Source: Spirochaetia bacterium | Lineage (GTDB): Bacteria > Spirochaetota > Spirochaetia > CAKZLE01 | Assembly: GCA_963677595.1 (NCBI GenBank) | Contig: OY782041.1 | Coordinates: 4,261,377-4,325,376, forward strand | DNA: 64,000 nt | Direction: 5' to 3' | Made by a program: the position numbers and the translations under genes | Shown here: one piece after another, positions 49,098 through 58,669 of the stretch | Layout of the letters: every line of letters starts with the position of its first letter | How positions within the stretch are numbered: the stretch's first letter is position 1 | The notes under the pieces: generated by a model | What the model was told of the DNA's origin: nothing | What the model saw: only the letters and a program-made list of their open reading frames with translations | Database searches by the model: none

Positions 49098-49203
49098 TAA
49101 CAATCACACTATCGATGAGTCCTCCAGGACCCCTGAGGTATGCACGGTCCGGGGAACCTGACAGATTCCATAGGTGTATTATACCATTACAAGGTGGTTT
49201 ATT

Positions 49204-50946
49204 ATGAAGAATTCTTGGGATAGCATAGCACAGTACCGCGGTGATATGGTAGCAGGCGAATGGCCGACCATCACCGAGCAGTTCCAGATATCGGTCAAGG
49301 AGTATCCTGACGATCCCTGCTTCACGACCTTCGGGGAGGTGAAGACGACCTATACCTATAGTGAAGTGGCAGCCTATGTGGAGACCGCTGCCGATTACCT
49401 CATAACGAAGGGTGTAGGACCCGGTGATACCGTGGTGCTCACCGGGAAGAACACCCCTGCATGGGGGATCGCCTATCTCGCGATCCTCGCTGCCGGGGGA
49501 GTCATCGTACCGATCGACTACCAGCTCGACAAAGCCGCCACCGACCGGCTCATCGCCTATGCAGGCTCTACCATCGTATTCGTGGACAAGGAGAAGTACG
49601 AGGAAGTCGAGATCACCGAGGAGTCGAAGGTCCAGCAGAAGATCTCCCTCTCCCCCGACTGCGAGAACTACATCCTCGAGCTGAGTGCCCGCCACCGCAG
49701 GAAGCCGGTACGCACCGAGGACGACCTGGCAGCCATCCTCTACACCTCAGGGACCACCGGAAACGAGAAGGGGGTCATGCTCACCCATAAGAACTTCATG
49801 TCGGATGTCTACCAGGCCTGCCATGAGATGTTCCTCGGGGCATCACATGAGGATGTCTGGTACGCACTGCTCCCCCTGCACCACAGCTACTGCATGACCG
49901 CGGTCTTCCTCGAGGGCATCAAGTTCGGCTCTGAGGTCATCTTCGCCCAGCGGCTGGTCGTACCGCAGATCATGAAGGACCTGCGACAGGGGAACATCAC
50001 CATCTTCATGGGGATCCCCCTGCTCTACAACAAGATCCTCCAGGGGATGATGAAACAGGTACGGGCCAAGGGACTCGCCGTACACCTCTACATCGGTCTG
50101 ATGATGAGACTGAGCGGCCTGATCAAGAGGGTCTCCGGGAAGAACCCCGGGAAGGTGCTCTTCTCCTCCCTGCTGAAGAAGGCGAACCTCGACACCCTCA
50201 GGCTCCTCATCTGCGGCGGCGGGCCGCTGGCGCCTGAGACGTTCAGGCGCTACAACCAGCTCGGCCTCGACTTCGTGCAGGGCTACGGGCTCACCGAGAC
50301 CGCCCCCATCCTCACCCTCAACCCGATCTCCCACTTCAAGGTCGACTCGGTCGGGATGGTATTCCCGCTCGTCGACATGAAGATCATCAACAAGGATGAG
50401 CAGGGCAACGGGGAGATCGTCGTCAAGGGGCCGAATGTCACCTCCGGCTACTATAAGAACAAGGAAGCCACTGAAGAACTCTTCACGGAGGATGGGTACC
50501 TCCATACCGGTGATGTCGGCTACCTCGACAGGGAGAACTACCTCTACCTCACGGGGCGCAAGAAGTCGCTCATCGTCACCGAAGGGGGGAAGAACGTCTT
50601 CCCCGAGGAGATCGAGGACCATTTCCAGCTCGACCAGCAGATCGAGCAGCTCCTCGTCCGGGGGTATATGGCAAACAAGGAGACCAAGGCCGAGGGGATC
50701 GAGGCGGTCATCTACCCCAATGCCGAGTACTTCAACAGCAAAGGCATCTATAACAGGAAGAAGATCACCGAGGAACTCGTCCAGGTCATCAGGGAGCACA
50801 ACAAGGAGCTGCTTCCCTATAAACGGATCCAGAGGCTGCGGGTCATCGAAGAACCAATGGAGATGACCACGACGCAGAAGATCAGGAGGCCGAAGGTCGA
50901 TGCGCTGATCGAGAAGACCGACCCGGGGATCCTAGAGAAGGTCTGA
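49204..50946 (+). CDS. Long-chain fatty acid-CoA ligase (AMP-binding enzyme)
   Basis: YTSGTTGNEKG, QGYGLTE, LHTGD, GRKK, GKNVFPEEIE. Confidence 0.9.
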   Translation: MKNSWDSIAQYRGDMVAGEWPTITEQFQISVKEYPDDPCFTTFGEVKTTYTYSEVAAYVETAADYLITKGVGPGDTVVLTGKNTPAWGIAYLAILAAGGVIVPIDYQLDKAATDRLIAYAGSTIVFVDKEKYEEVEITEESKVQQKISLSPDCENYILELSARHRRKPVRTEDDLAAILYTSGTTGNEKGVMLTHKNFMSDVYQACHEMFLGASHEDVWYALLPLHHSYCMTAVFLEGIKFGSEVIFAQRLVVPQIMKDLRQGNITIFMGIPLLYNKILQGMMKQVRAKGLAVHLYIGLMMRLSGLIKRVSGKNPGKVLFSSLLKKANLDTLRLLICGGGPLAPETFRRYNQLGLDFVQGYGLTETAPILTLNPISHFKVDSVGMVFPLVDMKIINKDEQGNGEIVVKGPNVTSGYYKNKEATEELFTEDGYLHTGDVGYLDRENYLYLTGRKKSLIVTEGGKNVFPEEIEDHFQLDQQIEQLLVRGYMANKETKAEGIEAVIYPNAEYFNSKGIYNRKKITEELVQVIREHNKELLPYKRIQRLRVIEEPMEMTTTQKIRRPKVDALIEKTDPGILEKV

Positions 50947-51681
50947 GGCGAGCGCCTCAGAAAGGAAGGTGAAGAACTCCTCAAGGTCGTCATAGCGGAG
51001 AGAGGCATACCGGTCTAGCGGGGTCTTCCCCTTGTTGACGATGATGATCTTCCCGCCATGCTGCAGGGCATAGAGCGGCAGGGTCGCCGCCGGCTGGACG
51101 AGCAGGGTCGACCCGAGGATCAGCATGCAGTCGCTCCTCCTGCTCTCCTCGATGGCTTCGGCTATCGCGGCTTCCGGGAGGGACTCCCCGAAGAAGGTGA
51201 TGTCTGGCTTTACGATGCCCCCGCAGTCCGGGCAGTCAGGGACCTCCCCTGCCTGGACGATCTCAGCGATCCCGTCAAAGGGGAACTCCTGGTCGCAGTC
51301 AAGGCAGCGATGGACTGCGGGTGTCCCGTGGATCTCGATCACGTCATGGGTACCGGCAGCCTGGTGGAGCATGTCGATGTTCTGGGTGATGACCCGCTTC
51401 ACATAGCCTTTGCGCTGCAGGGCTGCAAGGGTCGAATGGACGATGGAGGGCTTCACGATATCGGCAGAGTAGATGAGCTCGTGGGTATGCCGGTAATAGA
51501 ATCCCGGGTCAGAGAGGAAGCAGGAGAGATCGAAGATCCTGTCGGCATCCACCTCCTGGTAGAGACCGTTCTTGCCGCGGAAATCGCGGAGGCCGGAGAG
51601 GGTCGAGACACCAGCCCCGGTGAGCACGGTAAGGTAGTCAGCCTCCTTCAGCAGGGGGATGATCTCTTCAAGTACATCCAT
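50932..51681 (-). CDS. cobB: NAD-dependent protein deacylase (sirtuin)
   Basis: GAGVSTLSG..DFRG, TQNID, HG, CxxC...CxxC, KPDITFFGE. Confidence 0.9.
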   Translation of the reverse strand: MDVLEEIIPLLKEADYLTVLTGAGVSTLSGLRDFRGKNGLYQEVDADRIFDLSCFLSDPGFYYRHTHELIYSADIVKPSIVHSTLAALQRKGYVKRVITQNIDMLHQAAGTHDVIEIHGTPAVHRCLDCDQEFPFDGIAEIVQAGEVPDCPDCGGIVKPDITFFGESLPEAAIAEAIEESRRSDCMLILGSTLLVQPAATLPLYALQHGGKIIIVNKGKTPLDRYASLRYDDLEEFFTFLSEALASDLL

Positions 51682-51808
51682 AAGAATATTCTACGGCTTT
51701 GGATAAAAACCTGTCAATAGGTATCTGGAACGGACATTAAGCTTGACGTAATTACGGCATGAGGTATATAGTCAAACAAGATAATACTATGCGATAAGGA
51801 GGCCAGAC

Positions 51809-51976
51809 ATGGCTTACAAGATCACCGACGCATGCATCGCATGCGGTTCCTGTCTCCCAGAGTGCCCGGTTGAGGCAATCTCAGAAGGGGATATCTACGT
51901 TATCGACGCTGACCTTTGTACAGACTGCGGCACATGTGCTGATGTTTGTCCAACAGAAGCAATCATAGCAGAATAA
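51809..51976 (+). CDS. Clostridial-type 2[4Fe-4S] ferredoxin (55 aa, not in the ORF track)
   Basis: MAYKITDACIACGSCLPECPVEAISEGDIYVIDADLCTDCGTCADVCPTEAIIAE; two CxxCxxCxxxCP motifs; SD AAGGAGG. Confidence 0.96.
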   Translation: MAYKITDACIACGSCLPECPVEAISEGDIYVIDADLCTDCGTCADVCPTEAIIAE

Positions 51977-51992
51977 TTCTGCCTGACACATG

Positions 51993-52032
51993 AAAACGGC
52001 TGTCTTACCGGTGGTGAGCCAGCCGTTTTTTT
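51993..52032 (+). terminator. Intrinsic terminator after ferredoxin
   Basis: AAAACGGCTG...CAGCCGTTTTTTT. Confidence 0.75.
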
Positions 52033-52053
52033 ATCAGCACCAGGACTAGAGCT

Positions 52054-53250
52054 ATGAACGGATTCCCTGTCTACACAGTCTCAGACATCACGCAGCTGCT
52101 CAAGGAGATCATCGAGGGGGCCTTCCCCCGTCTCTCCATCGAGGGGGAGATCTCTAATTTCCGCCCGGCGAGCACGGGCCACTGGTACTTCACCCTCAAG
52201 GACTCCCAGGCAGCCATCTCCGCTGTCATGTTCAAGAACAGGATCTTCCGTACGAAGCTGAAGCCCCGCGAGGGGATGAAGGTGCGGGTATCGGGATCCC
52301 TCTCCCTCTACGCACCGAGAGGAAGCTACCAGGTCATCTGCGAGTCCATCGATGAGATCGGTTCCGGGGACATCCTCCAGGAGCTCGAGGAGCGAAAGCG
52401 GCGCCTTGCCGCAGAGGGGCTCTTCGACCCTGAACGCAAGAGGCCGATCCCCCTGATACCGAAGCATGTCGCAGTGATCACCTCCCCGACCGGGGCTGCC
52501 CTGAGGGATATCCTCCAGGTCATCGGCAGGAGGAACGCAGGCCTTACCGTCTCGGTCCTCCCCGCCGCCGTGCAGGGAGAGGCTGCTGCCGGGCAGCTTA
52601 CAGACATGCTCTCCTATGCGATCGACCACCAGATAGGAGAGGTCATCATCCTCGGGCGCGGGGGAGGTTCCGTCGAGGACCTGCTCCCCTTCTCCGATGA
52701 GCTGCTCGTCAGGCTGATCGCCGACTCCCCCATACCGGTCATCTCGGCTGTCGGCCATGAGATCGACTGGGCACTGAGCGACTACGCCGCGGACTTGCGA
52801 GCCCCTACCCCCTCTGCTGCAGCAGAACTCGTGACCGCTGAAGCCGGTGCGGTCAGCGAACGGGTCAACACTGCAGCAGAACAGGTGATCCGGGAGATGC
52901 ACAGGAAGACCGAACTGCTCAGGATGAAGCTGCAGATGGTGAACACGGAAGCCATGACCGAGAGGATCACCAGGAGGATCGACGAGCATCACCTGCAGGT
53001 CCATGACCATACGACGGTGATCACCGAGCTTATCAGCACCCAGAGAGGGGAATTCCGCCACAGGCTGGAACTCGCCCGTCGGGCGATCGAGCTCAGCTCG
53101 CCGAAGGGACTCCTGGAACGCGGCTGGTCACTGACCGTCGATGAACGGACCGGAACTCCGGTCACCACCATAGAACAGATAACGGAAGGGATGAGGGTCA
53201 GGACCCATGTGACTGACGGATCCTTCATCTCTGAGGTACGAGAGGTATAA
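52054..53250 (+). CDS. xseA: Exodeoxyribonuclease VII large subunit
   Basis: EGEISN, GHWYFTLKD, ITSPTGAA, RGGGS, SAVGHE, RAPTPSAAAE. Confidence 0.96.
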   Translation: MNGFPVYTVSDITQLLKEIIEGAFPRLSIEGEISNFRPASTGHWYFTLKDSQAAISAVMFKNRIFRTKLKPREGMKVRVSGSLSLYAPRGSYQVICESIDEIGSGDILQELEERKRRLAAEGLFDPERKRPIPLIPKHVAVITSPTGAALRDILQVIGRRNAGLTVSVLPAAVQGEAAAGQLTDMLSYAIDHQIGEVIILGRGGGSVEDLLPFSDELLVRLIADSPIPVISAVGHEIDWALSDYAADLRAPTPSAAAELVTAEAGAVSERVNTAAEQVIREMHRKTELLRMKLQMVNTEAMTERITRRIDEHHLQVHDHTTVITELISTQRGEFRHRLELARRAIELSSPKGLLERGWSLTVDERTGTPVTTIEQITEGMRVRTHVTDGSFISEVREV

Positions 53251-53254
53251 CAGC

Positions 53255-53485
53255 ATGAAGACATTCGAACAGCGGCTCGAGCGGCTGGAAGCCATCAGTG
53301 CGAAGATGAAGGAGCAGGGTATCCCCCTGCATGAGTCCCTCTCCCTCTTCGAGGAGGGGATCACCCTGTCGAAAGAGCTCGAAAAAGAGCTCGCAGGAAT
53401 TGAACAACGTGTACAGCTTCTTGTATCCTCTCCCAATGGACCGGGCCAAGCTCCCGAGTTCAAGACTTTTGATGAGGACCTGTAG
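53255..53485 (+). CDS. xseB: Exodeoxyribonuclease VII small subunit
   Basis: TFEQRLERLE...LHESLSLFEEG. Confidence 0.92.
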   Translation: MKTFEQRLERLEAISAKMKEQGIPLHESLSLFEEGITLSKELEKELAGIEQRVQLLVSSPNGPGQAPEFKTFDEDL

Positions 53486-53487
53486 AC

Positions 53488-54348
53488 ATGAACAAGATCA
53501 TCTTCCTGATCCAGACCAATGACCAGAAGGGGCTGCTCGCCGACATAACCGGCTACTTCTACACCAAGGGATTCAACATCCTGCACTGCCAGCAGCATAC
53601 CGACTCCCGGGCGAAGAAGTACTACATGCGGCTCGAACTCGACATGAAGGACCTCTCCTCGTCACGAGGGGAGCTCCAGGCTGATTTCGCGAGATTCGCA
53701 GAACCAAGGGAACTCGACTGGTCCTGCAGCTTCTCCGACAACATACAGCGGGTCGCCATCCTCTGCTCCAAAGCCTCGCACTGCCTCTATGACATCATCA
53801 TGCGGCAGAAGGAGGAGGATATACGGTGCGAGATCCCGCTGATCATCAGCAACCACCCGGACCTCGAGTATGTGGCGGACCAGTTCAAGATCCCCTTCTA
53901 CTGCCTGCCGGTAAACAAGGATTCCAAGGAGCAGCAGGAGACGCAGATCATCGAACTGCTGCAGCGCCACCATATAGACCTCGTCGTCCTCGCACGGTAC
54001 ATGCAGATCCTGACCCCCGGGTTCATCAACAGCTATGCAGGTAGGATCATCAACATCCACCACGCATTCCTGCCTGCCTTCCAGGGAGCAAATCCCTACC
54101 TGCGGGCATACCAGCGGGGCGTCAAGATGATCGGGGCAACAGCCCACTACGCAACCGAGGACCTCGACCAGGGACCGATCATCGAGCAGGATGTATACCG
54201 GGTCAACCATGAGTTGACCCCGGTAGGCCTGAAGAAGGTCGGGAAGGATGTAGAGCGGATCGTCCTCTCCCGTGCCGTGCAGGCTCACCTCGAGGGACGG
54301 GTCATCATCTCAGGCAACCGAACGGTGGTATTCTCCGCGGAACACTGA
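53488..54348 (+). CDS. purU: Formyltetrahydrofolate deformylase
   Basis: N-terminal ACT, SKASHCL, LARYMQIL, INIHHAFLPAFQGANPY, LDQGPIIEQ. Confidence 0.95.
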   Translation: MNKIIFLIQTNDQKGLLADITGYFYTKGFNILHCQQHTDSRAKKYYMRLELDMKDLSSSRGELQADFARFAEPRELDWSCSFSDNIQRVAILCSKASHCLYDIIMRQKEEDIRCEIPLIISNHPDLEYVADQFKIPFYCLPVNKDSKEQQETQIIELLQRHHIDLVVLARYMQILTPGFINSYAGRIINIHHAFLPAFQGANPYLRAYQRGVKMIGATAHYATEDLDQGPIIEQDVYRVNHELTPVGLKKVGKDVERIVLSRAVQAHLEGRVIISGNRTVVFSAEH

Positions 54349-54448
54349 TTGTGCAAAGCACAATCTTGTGTAAGCCCAAGCTTGTTTTTATAAGCTTGGG
54401 CAAACGATCTTGCAAGCCCAAGCTTGTTTTTATAAGCTTGGGCAAACG
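54349..54448. repeat. REP-like doublet of palindromes between convergent genes
   Basis: Two identical 35-bp units AAGCCCAAGCTTGTTTTTATAAGCTTGGGCAAACG at 54372 and 54414, preceded by TTGTGCAAAGCACAA. Confidence 0.85.
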
Positions 54449-54450
54449 CT

Positions 54451-54927
54451 CTAGTCGTGCCCGATGCCATCGATCAGGACACGATCAAGAAGCCGGGCAC
54501 CAGCCCGTGTGAAGGCTCCCTGGTTCAGCTCGATTGCGGCGATCACCGCACCGGGGGAGTAGACGGGCTCGAGGGAGTCAGGGACCAGGTCCGTGATACC
54601 GGTGATCCTCCCGGTACTGTCGACCCAGGCGAGAGAAAGCGGTATAGAGGTGTCCTTCATCCAGAAGGCGACCTCCTGCGGCTCTTCGAAGAGAAAGAGC
54701 ATCCCTGCAGAGGCTGCAAGCTCCTCTCTTCCCGACAGGCCGGCCCTCCGACTCTCATCGTCGGCAGCCACCTCAAGGTAGAAGGTCTCCCTACCGATCC
54801 TGACTGCCTTGAAACGGTCTCCAGCCTGCCCTCCCGTCGTGGAACAGGAGAGCAGTAGGGAGGCAGCCAGTACTAAGGCCATTGCCTTACCGAAGGTTCT
54901 CAGGGTTGAGTCCGATGAACGCTTCAT
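54451..54927 (-). CDS. DUF192 family lipoprotein
   Basis: LEVA, GLSGR, GMLF, FWMKDT, IELNQG; lipobox LLS-C. Confidence 0.85.
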   Translation of the reverse strand: MKRSSDSTLRTFGKAMALVLAASLLLSCSTTGGQAGDRFKAVRIGRETFYLEVAADDESRRAGLSGREELAASAGMLFLFEEPQEVAFWMKDTSIPLSLAWVDSTGRITGITDLVPDSLEPVYSPGAVIAAIELNQGAFTRAGARLLDRVLIDGIGHD

Positions 54928-56005
54928 GCACGAACACCCCGTCCTTCCTGATCAATTCCCCGTCGATCCATATCTCGCCGCCGCCGTATTCCGGGGTCTG
55001 TATGCAGACGAGGTCCCAGTGGACCGCACTCTTGTTCCCGTTATAGCAGTCGTCATAGGCCATGCCCGGTGTGAAGTGGAAGGAGCCTGCGATCTTCTCG
55101 TCGAATAGCGTGTTGTCCATCGGGAAGGTGATCTCGGGGTTGCAGCCCAGGGCGAACTCCCCGACGTATCGCGCCCCCTCATCGGTATCGAAGACAGCAT
55201 TGATCCGCTCAGTATCGTTAGCTGTGGCCTTCACGATCTTACCGTCTGAGAACTCGAGGCAGACATCGCGGAAGGTGAACCCCTTGAACGTGGATGGCGT
55301 GTTGTAGGTGATGACCCCGTTCACGCTCTCCTTTACCGGGCAGCTGTAGACCTCCCCGTCGGGGATGTTCATCTCCCCGTCACACTTGATCGCACCCAGT
55401 CCCTTGATGGAGAAGGTGAGGTCGGTCCCAGGACCCGTGATGTGGACCTTGTCAGCCTGCGCCAGGTATGCGACTGCCGCATCCATGGCCTTTGACATCA
55501 CTGCATAATCGACTTCGGTGCAGACCCGGTAGTAGTAGTTCTCGAACTCGACGGTGGACATCCCGGCATTGTAGGCCATGATGTCGGTGGGGTACCGAAG
55601 GACGACCCAGCGGGTGTCCGGCACCCGTATATCAGTATGGACGGGCCGGCTGTAGTTCAGGGCATAGAGGCGTGCCTGCTCATCCGGCAGGTCAGCGGTC
55701 TCCCTGCTGTTTCTCGGTCCCCTGATCCCGATGAAGGCATCCATCTTCCTCATCCGGTAGGAGTCGCAGTCGGCCCAGAGCCCAAGGCTCTCCTGCGAGG
55801 CCCCCTTCATCATGGCGCGGTCAAGCCGCTCGGATTCGATATTGACCAGGGGATACCCGCCTGCCGCATAGACGGCATCCACGAGTTCCTCGACCACCTC
55901 GAGCGGCACATCCACCGCATTGATGAGGCAGGATTCCCCTGCCTTCAGTCGTATGGAATAGTTCACCAGCAGTTCTGCCAGCTTCCTGTCACGTATATCT
56001 CTCAT
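54887..56005 (-). CDS. Aminopeptidase, peptidase family M29
   Basis: NIPDGEVY, VGEFALG, LFDEKIAGSFHFTPG, SAVHWD. Confidence 0.9.
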   Translation of the reverse strand: MRDIRDRKLAELLVNYSIRLKAGESCLINAVDVPLEVVEELVDAVYAAGGYPLVNIESERLDRAMMKGASQESLGLWADCDSYRMRKMDAFIGIRGPRNSRETADLPDEQARLYALNYSRPVHTDIRVPDTRWVVLRYPTDIMAYNAGMSTVEFENYYYRVCTEVDYAVMSKAMDAAVAYLAQADKVHITGPGTDLTFSIKGLGAIKCDGEMNIPDGEVYSCPVKESVNGVITYNTPSTFKGFTFRDVCLEFSDGKIVKATANDTERINAVFDTDEGARYVGEFALGCNPEITFPMDNTLFDEKIAGSFHFTPGMAYDDCYNGNKSAVHWDLVCIQTPEYGGGEIWIDGELIRKDGVFVHEAFIGLNPENLR

Positions 56006-56144
56006 ATAACACACTCCTGCTTTCATAATACGTACGCGAATGGTCAGTATACCATGGCGGCATGGTTCGTTCAACAGCGTGAAAAATCTGTTTACGGCAT
56101 CCTCTTCTCTTAACAATCATCACTGAATGTGTATAATCATCAGT

Positions 56145-57053
56145 ATGCAGACGATACCGATAAACACCTATAACTCCCCCACGGTCATCCTGGAACTCAT
56201 CTACCGGCTCAAGGTCAAGGAGGTCATGTGCGACCAGCTCATCACGGCTAGCCGCCACACCACCCTCCGGGAGATCCAGGGGATCATGCGAAAGGAATCG
56301 ATCACCGGGGTGCCGATCGCCGAGGGGAAACGGCTGTTGGGCATCATCAGCATGGATGACATCATCCAGGCGCTTGACCGGGGCTATATCGAGGAGGAGG
56401 CCGGGAAGTACATGTCCTCGAAGCTCATCGTGCTCGAGGATGACATGCCCGTCTCCTTTGCCATCACCTACTTCGACCGCTACCCCTTCCACCGGTTCCC
56501 CGTACTGAACCGGAAGAAGGAGCTCGTCGGCATCGTCACCTCAAGGGATATCACGACGAGGCTGCTCCTCGAGATCAACCGGGAGATCGACCAACTCGAG
56601 CGGGAGACGGGCTACGACCGGAAGGAAGGTGACCAGACCTACCACGTGCGGACCTTCACCGTCCTGAAGCATGATTTCGAGAACGCTGGCTTCGCGTCCA
56701 CGGAGATCAAGAAGCGGCTGAAGAAAGACGGGAGGGACCCCCGGATCATCAGGCGGGCTGCTATCGCCTCCTATGAGCTCGAGATCAACCTCGTCGTCCA
56801 TGCGGACGGGGGGGAGATCATCGCGACCTTCGAGCCGGGCTGCATCACGATAGAGGCCAGGGACACAGGTCCCGGCATCCCCAATGTCGACCAGGCGCTG
56901 CAGGAGGGCTACTCCACGGCGAACGAGTGGATACGATCCCTCGGGTTCGGTGCAGGCATGGGCCTGCCCAACGTGAAGCGTGTCTCAGATGAATTCTCCA
57001 TCACATCCTCCCTGGCAGCAGGGACGCATGTCATCTCCAAGATACAATACTGA
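56145..57053 (+). CDS. CBS-pair / RsbT-like Ser/Thr kinase (GHKL) fusion
   Basis: Two CBS repeats, then YELEINLVVHA, DTGPGI, GYST, GFGAGMGL. Confidence 0.85.
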   Translation: MQTIPINTYNSPTVILELIYRLKVKEVMCDQLITASRHTTLREIQGIMRKESITGVPIAEGKRLLGIISMDDIIQALDRGYIEEEAGKYMSSKLIVLEDDMPVSFAITYFDRYPFHRFPVLNRKKELVGIVTSRDITTRLLLEINREIDQLERETGYDRKEGDQTYHVRTFTVLKHDFENAGFASTEIKKRLKKDGRDPRIIRRAAIASYELEINLVVHADGGEIIATFEPGCITIEARDTGPGIPNVDQALQEGYSTANEWIRSLGFGAGMGLPNVKRVSDEFSITSSLAAGTHVISKIQY

Positions 57054-57069
57054 TTAATGAGGTAGAGCT

Positions 57070-57396
57070 ATGAAATTACAGGAAATCGAGACCAAGCTCG
57101 GGTATACCGCGGTTACCCTTCCCCACCCTGAGACTGAGATCACCGGAGCCTACACCTCTGACCTCCTGAGCGACGTCATGGGGAACGCCCCCGAGGATTC
57201 GGTCCTCATCACCATCCAGGGCCATAAGAACACCATAGCCGTCTCATCGCTCGTCGGGATACAGGCCGTGATCCTCTGCAATCGGCGATCCGCCCCCGAT
57301 GATATGAGTGATGCGGCACGCAAGGAGGGGATCGCCATCTTCTCCACCTCCGACAGCCAGTTCACGGCATCCTGCAGGATCGGGGAGCTGCTCTAG
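57070..57396 (+). CDS. DRTGG-domain protein
   Basis: GAYTSDLLSDVMG...VLIT...AVIL. Confidence 0.8.
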   Translation: MKLQEIETKLGYTAVTLPHPETEITGAYTSDLLSDVMGNAPEDSVLITIQGHKNTIAVSSLVGIQAVILCNRRSAPDDMSDAARKEGIAIFSTSDSQFTASCRIGELL

Positions 57397-57407
57397 CAGC
57401 CCGTACG

Positions 57408-58112
57408 ATGAACAGGTACCGGGTCGACCTCCATAACCATTCCTGCCTCAGCCCCTGCGGGTCGCTCGAGCAGTCCCCTGCCGTCATGGCCAGGGAGGCG
57501 AAGCGGATGGGGATCGACATGATGGCTATCACCGACCACAACGCAGCCGGTAACTGCCCCGCCTTCGGGCAGTGCTGCGCCGAGGCAGGAATCGTACCCG
57601 TCTTCGGGATGGAGGTGACCACCGCTGAGGAGATCCATGTCGTCTGCCTCTTCCCCACCGCCGACCGGGCACTCGAGTTCGGCCGATATATCGAGTTCCT
57701 CCTTCCCGACATCCCGAACGTGCCTGACCTCTTCGGCGACCAGGTCATCGTCGATGCAGAAGAGAACGTACTCGGCTTCGTGGAGAAGAACCTGATCAGC
57801 AGCACGGAGATACGCTATGAGGAGCTGATCGAGGAGGTCTTCAGCGGCGACGGGATCGTCTTCCCGGCCCATATAGATCGGTTAGCCTTCAGCGTCACCT
57901 CACAGCTCGGCTTCCTGCCCGACTTGCACTACTCCGCAGTCGAGGTGGTCCGGTACCCGACCCGCTTCGAGACCTGGGAGAACACCATCATCCGCAGCTC
58001 GGATGCCCACTACCCGGAGGATATCGGGAAGCGGACCACGGTCATCGAGGCGGAGACCCTCGATTTCAACCATCTCAAAGAGGCACTTGCAGCGAAACGA
58101 GTCTATCTTTAG
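57408..58112 (+). CDS. PHP-domain phosphoesterase
   Basis: DLHNHSCLSPC, ITDHN, GMEV, AHIDR, SSDAH. Confidence 0.9.
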   Translation: MNRYRVDLHNHSCLSPCGSLEQSPAVMAREAKRMGIDMMAITDHNAAGNCPAFGQCCAEAGIVPVFGMEVTTAEEIHVVCLFPTADRALEFGRYIEFLLPDIPNVPDLFGDQVIVDAEENVLGFVEKNLISSTEIRYEELIEEVFSGDGIVFPAHIDRLAFSVTSQLGFLPDLHYSAVEVVRYPTRFETWENTIIRSSDAHYPEDIGKRTTVIEAETLDFNHLKEALAAKRVYL

Positions 58113-58669
58113 GCAGCGAAGACGAAGAGGAGCACCCCCAGCGCAGCTGAGATGATCACGCAGTAGATAGGATGGACCTTGAAGCGTTTGGAGAGGATCC
58201 CGATCACCAGAAGGATGACCACTCCCTGCCAGTGTACGGCGAACTCCCCCTTACGCAGGTCCCCGGCGAAGACCGACATGGAGGCGAAGAACATCACCGC
58301 TGACCCGATCATCCCGATCGCAGCCGGCCTGATCGTCGACAATGCCGCCTGCAGTACCCGGTTTGACTTGAACTTCTCGATCATGTGTCCCGCGATGACG
58401 ATGATGACCAGGGACGGGACGACCAGGCCGATCGTGGCCAGGATCCCCCCGAACACCCCATAGGTGCGGAAGCCGATGAAGGTCGCCGCATTGACCGCGA
58501 TAGGGCCCGGGGTCATCTGCGACACGGCCACGATGTCAGCGAACTCGGCAGGGTTGAGCCAGTCATGGCTGATGATCTCCCGCTGGATGAGCGGGATCAT
58601 CGCATAGCCGCCGCCGAACCCGAAGAGGCCGATCCTCGTGAAGGTCAGGAAGAGGTCAAGTATTCCCAT
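58109..58669 (-). CDS. Short-chain chromate transporter (CHR) subunit
   Basis: GFGGGYAM, SQMTPGPIAVN. Confidence 0.9.
   Translation of the reverse strand: MGILDLFLTFTRIGLFGFGGGYAMIPLIQREIISHDWLNPAEFADIVAVSQMTPGPIAVNAATFIGFRTYGVFGGILATIGLVVPSLVIIVIAGHMIEKFKSNRVLQAALSTIRPAAIGMIGSAVMFFASMSVFAGDLRKGEFAVHWQGVVILLVIGILSKRFKVHPIYCVIISAALGVLLFVFAA

Noticed and set aside
49104-49203. Riboswitch or ribozyme in the acyl-CoA ligase leader
   Set aside because: Only a short GTCC-tcca-GGAC stem; no recognisable aptamer or catalytic core
50932-51681. Sirtuin as an anti-phage SIR2 effector
   Set aside because: Ordinary zinc-binding CobB-type deacylase next to an acyl-CoA ligase, a classic substrate; no defence partners
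39474-53061. Long antisense ORFs such as 39474-40484, 44075-45145, 49843-50799 and 52081-53061
   Set aside because: Shadow frames of well-supported genes in GC-rich DNA; no motifs or RBS
54349-54448. Mini-CRISPR, or the 61-aa ORF 54285-54470 (-) as a real gene
   Set aside because: Only two units separated by 7 bp; the ORF just translates the repeat and overlaps purU antisense
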